Of a stretch of DNA of 64,000 nucleotides, positions 54,487 to 64,000 are shown in pieces (positions within the stretch are counted from its first letter, which is position 1; each line of letters opens with the position of its first letter). Source of the DNA: Amoebidium appalachense (lineage: Eukaryota; Protista; Ichthyosporea); the NCBI GenBank assembly GCA_963693365.1, contig CAVNZM010000004.1, positions 11,994,468 through 12,058,467 of the forward strand, in the 5' to 3' direction. The position numbers and the translations under genes were made by a program. The notes beneath the pieces were generated by a model. The model saw only the letters and a list, made by a program, of their open reading frames with translations. It had not been told where the DNA came from and made no database searches.

Positions 54487-57400
54487 GAAGGCGGGCAAGG
54501 GACTGGTCTCTCCCCAGTAGAACATAATGTATTTGATTTAATAGCAGAGCTGGAACTGTGTTCCCCTCTGGCAGATAAATTGCAAAATAAATCTACTGGT
54601 GCGGAAATTTCTGTTGTCTCGGAGCCCTCCCACGAATCTGCATGTGCCCCACCCCCCCACGAACAGTTACCCCCGTGTACTGACCCCCCCATGCACACGC
54701 ACACCCCGCCCCCGCGCAAAAAGAAAAATGTGCATTTTGCTGACCGTGTGCACTCCTCCATTGCAGAACCACGGCATGAAAATGCCACTGTGTGCACATT
54801 AACCCACGAAAATAAATGCACAGCCACACTTGCGCGAATGTATGTGCATGGGAAGCTAGTCACAGTAGTTGTCGACTCTGGTGCTAGCCATAGCTGTATA
54901 AGCACAGCATTTTACGAATCTCTCCCTGTAGTGGCAAGAAAACGAATTCAGCATGTTCCTAATTTTAGTGTACTGGATGCACAAAGTAACGAAATGACAT
55001 GCCAAGGAAGTATATCTCTCACTCTCGCCATTCCCAACGAATCTGCTCTAGTGGTGCACAGATGGCATGTGATTGATAATCTACCATATGATGCCTTATT
55101 AGGTGTTGATTTCATGGGGCCACAACAGGGACGAATTGATTACGGTGCTGCAGAACTTTCGTTCATGTATGCTAAGGGAAATCGCAGGTGCAGTATTCCG
55201 GTGTGGTGGTTGCGTGGGAGTGCGGAGGAGACAGCTGTTTCTCGCGTATTAATTACCACCACAGGTATTCACCTCCCGGTAGATGCGTCAAATATCGCAA
55301 CGTGTAAAATAAAACTCGCTGCCGGCGCACCACCACCACGAACTTTAGACTGTTGTATGGGCACAGTGGTTCCATGTGGTCCACTTAATTCACGGGCTTA
55401 CACAACAGCATGCAGTGTCACCAGTTTAGCTCGAATTTCGAATAACGAACCCCCCCTCTCCACTAGCGAAGAAAGTGTGATCGAGGACGAATACGAATGC
55501 AAGGTGTTGTTGACTAACACATCGGACCATCATGTGTACCTACTAGTCCCTGGTACGGAGGTGGCCATGTTTATTCCCTTGCAATCAGATGACACTGTTA
55601 CTCTTTTAGCACGTCCACACTCCGGTAATGGAACCAGGAGGGCGACAACCCCACACCCTGGCCATCCATTAGGTACCTCTGCTAAAACGAACTTTTCTTC
55701 GCAGGAATCAACCGAAGAACCCACCGAACACGAACCACACACTTTCCAGGCGGCTACTAATATTAACGGTAGTATTAAGGTGTGTGAACGGAGTAAAATT
55801 ATGAATATGAGTACGAAAGAGAACACCACACAGCGCAGTTCCACGAAAATGAATGGTTTTGGTAATCCAGCACGAACAAAACCAGAGGTAGGGCCACCTA
55901 CTATCGAAGCAGTGGCAGATGGGGCACCATCTACCACTGCACTGGAGGATACGAATAATTTACGAAAGCGTACGCACGAATGTACCTCCGACGGGGAAGC
56001 CGCCACAGACGACGACTTGCCTTTTGGGGTCAAACCTCCAGAAGAATACGACATGCCTGGAACTCCCCCAGACCAACGGAAACCGTTGGCGAAACGGATA
56101 CGAAAACTGCTTAAGAAATGGAAGCATGTGTTCTCTGCACACGACAACGACTTTGGTTTGAGTACCTTAGACGAACTGTCGATCGAAGTAACTACCACCA
56201 TACCACAGTACCGCAGGCCCTATAACATCCCACATCACCTTCGCGATAGCCTACACAAACAAATTCAAAATTGGGTAGAGTTTGGAGTGATTGAGCCTGC
56301 GTCCAGCCCTTACTCCGCTCCGATGGTGTTGGTGGCGAAAAAGGACGGGTCTTTAAGAGTCTGCATTGATTTTAGAATGCTGAACTTGATTACGAAGAAA
56401 GACGGTTACCCTTTACCACGAATTGACATGGCTCTGGGTATGCTCAGAGGTGCCCGCGTGTTTTCCGCACTTGATTTAAACGGTGGTTACCACCAAGTCA
56501 AAGTAGCCGATAACGACAAAGAAAAACTTGCATTTACCACCCCCTGGGGGCAGTATCAATTCGCACGCGCACCTTTTGGAGTAAGTAACATGCCTGCTGT
56601 CTTTTCAAGGATGATGAACCGTGTATTCGCTGGTATGCTGTGGACACATGTACTCATATATCTCGATGATATATTAGTTATGTCACCCACTATCGAAGAA
56701 CATTTTGGGCATTTAGATTCATGTTTTTCCCGGCTCTGTGATGCAGGATTAAAACTGAAAGGCAGAAAATGCTCTTTGTTCATGCAAGAAGTTGGCTATT
56801 TAGGCCATCGCGTATGCCCGGATGGTATTAAGGTAGACCCAGAAAAAGTGGCAGCAATAAAGAATAAAAGCTACCCACAAAATTTATCTGAGCTACGAAG
56901 TGACCTCGGGTTATTTTCATATTATCGAATATTTGTGGACGATTTCAGCCATACGGCTGAACCACTCACGCGAATGCTGGGCACCTCGAAGGAGGATTCA
57001 GAATTACTAAAACGAATTCACGCAAAAATGCCCCCCTCTACGAAACCCGCCAAACGCAACGGCAGCGCAAAACAACGAAAAGACGAAGCAAAAAATTTGC
57101 ACGCCGATTCTGCAGCTATTTTGGCCACGAAAAAGAAAGCACAGAAAAATGCTGCATGGGTGTGGGGTACGGAACAGGAGAAAGCATACGATACCCTTAA
57201 GAATGCGTTAATTAATGCACCTGTGCTTGCTCACCCCGATTTCACCAAACCTTTTATTGTTGACTCAGATGCTTCACAGTATGCTCTGGGCGCAGTGATT
57301 TCGCAGGTAGGTGATGACGGCAAAGAACGACCCATAGCTTATGCTAGCAGAACACTCTCTAAGAGTGAACGAAATTATGCGGCGAATAAAAGGGAAGCCT

Positions 57401-59394
57401 TAGGTGTGTATTGGGCTGTGTGCAAAGCATTTCGCGCTTACACCTATGGGGCTCCTTTCTTGTTACGAACCGACCACTCCAGCTTGACGCGCATTCTGTC
57501 TACCGGCGATGCACCGGAACCTGTTGTTGCAGGCTGGCAAATGGCGCTTTCCGCATACACATACGAAATTCAGCACAGGGCGGGCAAACACCACAGCAAT
57601 GCTGATGGACTCTCTCGGCCATCTAAAGAAAATGCGCAACCAGGACCCGAAGATACTGAGCTGACATACCCCTCACTGATCGGCACAGTCTCGGGCTCGT
57701 CCACGGTGTTTGCGGTAACACGCTCCGCCGCAGCGACAGCGCAGGCACAAGCTGCCACCCACCCACCCCCAGCTGAACCCACGAAACCTAATACCACGCC
57801 GCCAGAATTTATTCCCCCAAAAGCGGATGGACGAATGCCCACCTATGAACAGTATGTGTCAGCACAGAAGGCTGATAAACACATTGCGAAAGTCAGGGCC
57901 TACCTGGAAAAAGCACCGGGCTACGAATTATTTGGCAACGAAATCGCGATGGAAGCTAGTCGCTGCACCATAGACAATGACCTTGTGTATGTGTGGGTCC
58001 TAGAACAGCGTGGCCCCCGCAAACCCAGCAAGGAACCACGAATTTGGGTGCCGTCTACGCTTGTGCGCCTCGTTTTGGCCGCATGTCACGACGCCCCAAC
58101 CGCAGGTCACCTCGACGCAGCACGCACCTTCCACCGTGTTACCCAGATAGCATGGTGGCCACGTGTATGGCAAGACTCGGTGCAGTGGGTAACCACATGC
58201 AAAGCCTGTCAATACCGGAAGACACCCCGAATGCAAAAGAAACTACGAATTCACGATGGTTTTATCCCCACCTATCCCTTTCAATACGTGTCTATGGACA
58301 TTACTGAGATGCCTACGAAATCTGATCTCAGAGTTTCCCTGTTGGTGTTTCTCGACCTCTTCACTCGCTGGCCGGAAGTGATTTTATTTCACAAAACACC
58401 CACAGCCGAAGATGTGGCAAAGGCATTCGAAGACTCCATCTACTGCCGTCACGGTCGTCCGGAATTTTTAGTATCAGACAACGGCGCGAATTTGGCAGCT
58501 ATGTTGGTCACAGATGTCTGTCGAGTGTTGGCTACAAAACGAATTTTTGCAAGTCCCTACAGCCCCCAGACCAATGGTGCCGTAGAGCGATTCAATCGCA
58601 CACTTAAGAATATTCTTGCCACTCTCGTGCAGGATAAACACCACGAATGGATTGACTACTTACCGCAAGTACTGTTTTCCTACCGCACCGCCTACCACTC
58701 TTCCTTGGGGGACACGCCATTCTTCATGCTTTATGGCAGAGATCCGGTCGAGCCCCCCCGCCCCCCAATTGCGGCTTCATGTGGGATGGAGACGGAGGAA
58801 TACCGTCGAGAACTACTGCAACGAGTGCAGTATGCCCGGCAAACAGTCACACGAATTATGTCTGAAGCTGCCCGTCGTAGTAAAATCACGGCTAACAAAA
58901 ATGCTCGTGAACCCACAGAACTCGAGGGTCTGGTGTTGAAAGCAGTCACAGACTCCACCACCGACCACAGTCTACCCACGGCACTCAGACCTAAATGGGA
59001 AGGTCCGTATCGCGTCCTGCGGCGCGTTACCGACGCCCCCATGTCTTACGAAATTCAGCGGGTTGGGTCAACGGACACCGTTCGAGCACACGCACGTCAC
59101 TTGAAGCCGTATTTTCCCCGTGACGACGTTGATATGACGCCAGCCGACTCTGGTCCGCAAGATTCACCCACCCCCACCTTCGAAGTGGCAAAAATTATTG
59201 CCCACAAGTACGACTCGGCAACTGCCCAAGCCCTTTACAAAGTTCGTTGGAAAGGGTACACGGCTAAGAACGACACCTGGGAACCTCACTCCGGCCTGCA
59301 AGACACAGCCGCAGGAGCACTCACAGACTACCTAGGTACTTTGGTGGCCGGCCCTGCCAGCCAGCCCGCACGAAAGAAGCGCCGACGTCGCTAA
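54487..59394 (+). CDS. pol: Pol polyprotein: protease, RT, RNase H, integrase, chromodomain
   Basis: VVVDSGA protease; RT LRVCIDFR, DLNGGYHQ, PFG, YLDD; RNase H DSDAS..REALG..TDH..ADGLSR; integrase H..H..CKAC, SMDI, SDNG, NGAVERFN and GPY; chromodomain FEVAKII..YKVRWKGY..DTWEP; terminal RKKRRRR. The frame is open from the codon immediately after the gag TAG. Confidence 0.97.
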   Translation, partial: EGGQGTGLSPVEHNVFDLIAELELCSPLADKLQNKSTGAEISVVSEPSHESACAPPPHEQLPPCTDPPMHTHTPPPRKKKNVHFADRVHSSIAEPRHENATVCTLTHENKCTATLARMYVHGKLVTVVVDSGASHSCISTAFYESLPVVARKRIQHVPNFSVLDAQSNEMTCQGSISLTLAIPNESALVVHRWHVIDNLPYDALLGVDFMGPQQGRIDYGAAELSFMYAKGNRRCSIPVWWLRGSAEETAVSRVLITTTGIHLPVDASNIATCKIKLAAGAPPPRTLDCCMGTVVPCGPLNSRAYTTACSVTSLARISNNEPPLSTSEESVIEDEYECKVLLTNTSDHHVYLLVPGTEVAMFIPLQSDDTVTLLARPHSGNGTRRATTPHPGHPLGTSAKTNFSSQESTEEPTEHEPHTFQAATNINGSIKVCERSKIMNMSTKENTTQRSSTKMNGFGNPARTKPEVGPPTIEAVADGAPSTTALEDTNNLRKRTHECTSDGEAATDDDLPFGVKPPEEYDMPGTPPDQRKPLAKRIRKLLKKWKHVFSAHDNDFGLSTLDELSIEVTTTIPQYRRPYNIPHHLRDSLHKQIQNWVEFGVIEPASSPYSAPMVLVAKKDGSLRVCIDFRMLNLITKKDGYPLPRIDMALGMLRGARVFSALDLNGGYHQVKVADNDKEKLAFTTPWGQYQFARAPFGVSNMPAVFSRMMNRVFAGMLWTHVLIYLDDILVMSPTIEEHFGHLDSCFSRLCDAGLKLKGRKCSLFMQEVGYLGHRVCPDGIKVDPEKVAAIKNKSYPQNLSELRSDLGLFSYYRIFVDDFSHTAEPLTRMLGTSKEDSELLKRIHAKMPPSTKPAKRNGSAKQRKDEAKNLHADSAAILATKKKAQKNAAWVWGTEQEKAYDTLKNALINAPVLAHPDFTKPFIVDSDASQYALGAVISQVGDDGKERPIAYASRTLSKSERNYAANKREALGVYWAVCKAFRAYTYGAPFLLRTDHSSLTRILSTGDAPEPVVAGWQMALSAYTYEIQHRAGKHHSNADGLSRPSKENAQPGPEDTELTYPSLIGTVSGSSTVFAVTRSAAATAQAQAATHPPPAEPTKPNTTPPEFIPPKADGRMPTYEQYVSAQKADKHIAKVRAYLEKAPGYELFGNEIAMEASRCTIDNDLVYVWVLEQRGPRKPSKEPRIWVPSTLVRLVLAACHDAPTAGHLDAARTFHRVTQIAWWPRVWQDSVQWVTTCKACQYRKTPRMQKKLRIHDGFIPTYPFQYVSMDITEMPTKSDLRVSLLVFLDLFTRWPEVILFHKTPTAEDVAKAFEDSIYCRHGRPEFLVSDNGANLAAMLVTDVCRVLATKRIFASPYSPQTNGAVERFNRTLKNILATLVQDKHHEWIDYLPQVLFSYRTAYHSSLGDTPFFMLYGRDPVEPPRPPIAASCGMETEEYRRELLQRVQYARQTVTRIMSEAARRSKITANKNAREPTELEGLVLKAVTDSTTDHSLPTALRPKWEGPYRVLRRVTDAPMSYEIQRVGSTDTVRAHARHLKPYFPRDDVDMTPADSGPQDSPTPTFEVAKIIAHKYDSATAQALYKVRWKGYTAKNDTWEPHSGLQDTAAGALTDYLGTLVAGPASQPARKKRRRR

Positions 59395-59458
59395 CTTCCC
59401 TCAGCCTGGTGGTTTACCGTCTCCAGACCATACCACCAGGCTCCCGAGAAGGGGGGAG

Positions 59459-60068
59459 TGTAAACATCTGTACACGCCGTACATGTTTACTATCACAAAT
59501 ATACTGTACATATCATAGTGATCACGTAGATATTGTGTACATATGATCAGATCAATATCACACGCGACAGCCGCGGGCTGCGGCTCACGACTGAGCCGCG
59601 GCGCCGGCAATATGCAGTGGCCGTGCAGTCAGTATGAACCAATAGAATTCGAGAACCGCTAGGATAGGAATGCAAGTCTCATCCACTACGGAGGCGACAT
59701 CTATAGCTAAACGAACGGAACCAATAAGGAAATCAGACCCAGTTGCATAAACCTAAACGGGCTTAAGTATTGACCAATCATTTGCCACAAAGTTATCCTT
59801 TTAGTTAGCTTCATGTTATTGGTGCACTGTGTGCACATAAAGACGACCGCACTCTTCTGACTGGTCAGAAGTCACGAAGGCATCAATGCCACCCATCCAG
59901 ATGATCCGGAACCTGGGGGCTATATAAACAAGCCGTCCCAGTACGGGGGATCACTCTGAACGAGCACATTAAATAGTAACCTGGCCGCGTGTGCCTTACT
60001 ACCCGTTCTCTGTCTTTATTCTGATTCAGTTGTTCTCTGCCTTATCCCAACTAGTTCAACTGTTTACA
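59459..60068 (+). repeat. 3' LTR
   Basis: Direct repeat of 51824-52433, preceded by the PPT and followed by the TSD ACGTG. Confidence 0.97.
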
Positions 60069-60839
60069 ACGTGCGCACCGGGCACATCGTGCCACGCGTA
60101 CACGGCGTCACGCACACACGTGCACACACGTGCACACGTGCACATAAGTGCACACGTACACATGCAACATACCGTCAACCGTGCTGCCTCCTCCTTGAGT
60201 CTGCACAGCATGTAGGGGCACCACATGATGGCATTGGCTGCTGTGTCGTGTCCTTTTGTTGTTCAAGGTGGTGGTGGTGGTGGTGATGGAATGGGGGGGG
60301 GTGGGGGGGGATGGGGGTGGGGGGTCCGGGTCTGGTCGGACGGGAAAAGCCCGCAAAGGTAAAATTCGGCCTGAAAACAACCCCTTTCTAAGTTTAACTT
60401 TCAGCCACGGGATATGTACCACACAAGACCAGCCACCGGCAAGCTGTTAGCATGACGACTCATCTCAGTCTGACTGGGAGGCTCAAGCTCAAATGATGTA
60501 TTTTATTCGCCAACGAGTGACACCTGTACCGTCACGATTGGACTTAATGCGCTTTGTAGGACAGACGTAGCTACACACCGCACACTCAGTGGCGGGTGGG
60601 CATTTCAATCATTGAAAGCACTGAGAATTCATCCGTTCCACAGTGTGAAACTCAGGCCCTGAGGAAGTACACCGTTACCATTGAATCGCCAATGTAAAAT
60701 GTACTACGCCGGATTATTTAGTAATCACGCCGCTTGGCAAACGTCTCATCATCACCATAATCCTCAAACTTCTTGCGTTGAGGGGCATGCACGCTTTGGC
60801 GCCGACCTGGTGGGGCGAACGACTTTGCTGCGGGCTTGT

Positions 60840-61344
60840 TCACAAAGTAGAAGGGGTCGCCCGATAGAATGTCACCGTTTCTGTATGCCTCCATTTCCTG
60901 CTCTTGCCTTCGCTGTCACTGGCGTCGTCATCGACCTCATAAGATCCCTCTTTAGCCCAATACCCCAATGCGTCACAGGAGCCGTAAACAATCTCCCCGG
61001 AGGCCAAAGTCGTGCCGTATCTGGCACGGCATAGGCCCGTCCCATACTGTTCCGAGCACTGATAGCACCAGCCGCTGTACGTCAATAATCAGCCCATGCA
61101 AACCCAAGGTATCTCAGCCCATCTGGAAGACCCAGGTCTTGCCGGCTCGCCACATATGATGGCAAGATGCACTCTGCATTATTCTCCAACGTCCACAAGC
61201 AGTCCCCGCGCTCACATGCGTAGCACTTAATCAGTGCATCGTCACAGCTGCCCATGACGCTGCCGGCCAGCGCGGCAACAACGGCCATGATGAGATGATG
61301 AGGGCCATGGCCGCGGCTCTGCTCTTCGTACTCATCATCATCAT
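60840..61344 (-). pseudogene. Intronless small secreted-type Cys-rich protein gene with two frameshifts
   Basis: MMMMSTKSRAAAMALI, then an 8-nt duplication CTCATCAT (61287-61302), then MAVVAALAGSVMGSCDDALIKCYACERGDCLW..FAWADY, then a 1-nt shift at about 61085, then LTYSGWCYQCSEQYGTGLCRARYG..GSCDALG..STL*. The N-terminus aligns with 47036-47180. Confidence 0.65.
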
Positions 61345-61875
61345 GCTGTTTGCGGAACCGATAATATCTGCTACCTTCTGACCTTCTGAGGTAGCTCTTA
61401 TTTTTCAAGGGACGCGGACGACCCGAAGAGCGGCTGATCACGTGACTCACCTGCCCTTGCGTCGATTTATTCGTACATAGGCTAGAGGGCACAGTTAGGA
61501 CGTGCCAGCGAAATTATTCCCAATTGTGACCGGCGATTCACGTTGATGGTGGTGCGCCCAGATGCACTAAGTAGGGTGATGACAACGGTTTGTGTCCTCT
61601 GCTGCCTGCGCGGCTCAGCTGCAGCCTGCTCTAGCTAGATCTCGTAGCTATGATTACAAGTGGCACACAACAGGCAGCGGGAGCCCTAGAGCTCTGCGTT
61701 AGCACGGTGTTGTTTATGGCCCTGACTCCTGCCGGATGGGGATTGGGGAAGCCTTTATACAGGGCAATGGTATGCAGGGTGAATTCCGTGAATTCCTTAG
61801 TTAAACTATTTGAAACAAAGTGATTTGGTCACATTAAATCCCCGTAGACTCGCCTTGTTTATGATGACGCAATAA

Positions 61876-63057
61876 GGGGTTTACACACTTTTCTGCCGGA
61901 GGCCCAGCCACATTCGACGGCCTATGATACTGCGTTTTCCAGCGCAGCCAATCAAATGCAGCCAGTGACATATGTACATGCTAGGCAACAATGAGCGCCA
62001 TCGTAGTAAAAGACACCCCTATTACATATTATGGGTAAGCAGAGGCTAGCATCGGTAGCTCCGAAAGAAAGTTAAGGCACCGGATCACAATATCATACTG
62101 TGCAGCATTAATAAGGTGATCTAGGATAGTAATCTTAAAACGGATATATTGAGGAAGAGAGGAAGAAAAGAGAATAAAACCGCCAATAACCTCCTGTTCT
62201 AATACGTTAGCTAACAGGTTGCATTTATTGATAGATATGCAGCCGCGAGTAAACCGCCCCCCACACATATTACACATACGAGCAGGAGACACCAGAAACC
62301 GATTACACCGCCAATCCATAATCATCTTTGCGTTTTTACACCACACCACATTACGAATAAACGATGTATGAACGAGACTCTCTAACCATATCCGCCATAT
62401 AGGCTACTAGTAGCTGGTGTTTTTGCGGTCCTAACACCGGAAGGGACTCAACACGTAGAGTAAAAAGATATCTATCAGCCATAGACTTGAAACTATTCAT
62501 ATTCACACTATGATCTAGCCGTACCTCCGGTGGGGTCGCCAGCCATTCCACATAACGCTCGGCAATGGGCAGAGACGATGGGGAAGGCCTTGGAAGAGGT
62601 AGAGGGGCGAGTCCGGCGGGGATGCGTGTAGCCGGAAGAGCGGGTGGTCCGGGGCACAAGCGGACAGGCGGGTGATGTGCTCGTGAAATTTAAGGGCTAA
62701 TTCGTGTACGCGTTGTGATGGTGGTGTGAGTGCGTAGAGAGAATCAAAAAGGCGTCTAGGGATAGGTGTGGAAAGACCAGTGAGAAACGTACAAGAAGTT
62801 GTGTAGTGGAAATCATCTAATGATTTGAGGACATTAGTAACAGTATCAGGGGGTGCCATAGCTAGTAAGGGCAACCCGTATTCAGACAAAGGGCGAATAT
62901 ATTTGCGAAATATACTAAGACGATTGTATAGGTGGACAGTGTGAGAAAGAGTAGCAAGATACACATCCCTAAATAACCGAAGACACCTGCCTGCACTCTC
63001 CACCCGACGGTCGATCATCCGTTTGAAACATATGCCCCATTCGTCCACCATGGGAAT
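61876..63057 (-). mobile_element. LINE family C, 5'-truncated and frameshifted copy C2
   Basis: Broken ORFs 62515-63057, 62351-62659 and 62029-62349 with IRPLSEYGLPLLA, ELALKFHEH, DHPLF, DWRCN..CNMC..FTRGC and ILDHLIN, homologous to the C-termini of A and B. The 3' UTR ends GTGTGTAAACCCC at 61876. Confidence 0.88.
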
Positions 63058-63087
63058 GATCAAGCTAGCCCGGGAAGAAGGGGAACT

Positions 63088-63127
<40 letters not shown>

Positions 63128-64000
63128 GGGGCAGCATACACACACGCACCACATGCGTGCACACGAGTACGCACACACACAAAACACATACGTACCGCTG
63201 TCGGTTTGAAATTCTCACCTTCACTATTTAATTATAAATATTCCAAACTAGCTTGTAGGTTACCAACTAAAGGTATTATAATTGCAACTAATTAGACTCC
63301 AAATCTGACGGGCAACTTGCATGTAATCGAAACAGATTTGGTGACTGTATTATCAGATGTAATTACAGAGAATTTGGATTCTCCAAGTTGAGGCGTGTGT
63401 GCGGGATTTGTTAACAGACGGGAATCACCTGCTCAAAAACCTGCAATTTGGAACCGGCAGCGCACCCCCCGGGGTGGGGGGTGTTGGTGGGACTTAGAGG
63501 TGAGGGAGGGGGGGGGGGGGGGGGGGGGGGGAGGATAATATAGCGACCTAAGAGTGACGAAGGGGGGAGTGGGGAAGGGGGGAGGGGGGGGAGGGAGGGG
63601 CTCTTTTTTTTAATTTTTATTTTATTTTTATTTTTATTTTTATTTTTTTGGTGGGGGGGGGGGGGGGGGGGGGGAAGGAAGGGTTGTTCCATAGAGGCCC
63701 TGAGTTGCCAACAGTTTCAAACTGTCTCTATGCTCAGTAACACAGGATAAATACGATTATGGTTAGTTGCCAAGAGATGTGGCGTGGTGGATATATGAAA
63801 GTGCACGTACAAGATGGTTTATGCCAAATGATTCAAGATGCGTGTTCATTGAATGTTGATCGCACAAACATTCGCTAATTCCCAATTTCACATCATTATT
63901 CAATCAATGGGCACCAACATCCTGCTAACAGAACAGCACGTCTTCAGGATACCAATGTGGAAGTTCCCACTAGAATTCCATAGTAGCACCGTTCAACGGC

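Larger units (their letters stand above)
51824..60068 (+). mobile_element. Full-length Ty3/Gypsy LTR retrotransposon with a chromodomain integrase
   Basis: 610-bp LTRs TGTAAACA..TGTTTACA; 5-bp TSD ACGTG (51819-51823, 60069-60073); PBS; PPT GAGAAGGGGGGAG at 59446-59458; domain order PR-RT-RH-IN-chromo. Confidence 0.98.
49818..60252 (-). pseudogene. Divergent cytochrome P450 remnant (equivalents of exons 6-9), interrupted by the Gypsy element
   Basis: 60173-60252 GHDTAANAIMWCPYMLCRLKEEAARLT (80 nt, same size and phase as exon 6); 51338-51406 EDIDATIMIAAGEELTFAHLQQL; 50696-50754 STLHRIVLETLRVYPSIYA (ExxR motif, acceptor reads AT); about 49818-49959 TRQAAHECDLGGWKVPAGTRVVLNVLGMNTDPNTWPYPLEFRTSRW. 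No heme exon or N-terminal exons found. Confidence 0.8.

Overview
Eukaryotic, intron-rich and repeat-rich DNA. Introns are GT-AG, often with CTAAC branch points, long G/C homopolymers and (CA)n/(GT)n tracts, so most of the supplied ORFs are microsatellite artefacts. The taxon cannot be determined from this window. Host content: (i) a minus-strand multi-exon coiled-coil gene running off the left edge; (ii) a minus-strand cytochrome P450 cluster with one apparently intact 11-exon, 485-aa gene (24669-34883), a damaged paralogue (9980-18771) and a divergent 4-exon remnant (49818-60252); (iii) two small Cys-rich, signal-peptide-like paralogues (about 47.0 and 61.0 kb). Mobile content: a young chromodomain-bearing Ty3/Gypsy element (51824-60068; 610-bp LTRs, ACGTG TSD) whose three ORFs share one frame and are separated only by single stop codons; three related LINE families (called A, B and C here; 7 copies plus a 41-bp terminal remnant, several nested); a short A-tailed retroposon (D); and a TTAA-flanked MITE. 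The most unusual signal is that LINE families A and C both end in GTAAACCCC rather than poly(A), with family A carrying its poly(A) internally about 200 bp before the TSD-defined end. All three family B copies sit antisense in or beside the 3' regions of these GTAAACCCC elements. All alignments were done by eye and no database searches were run.
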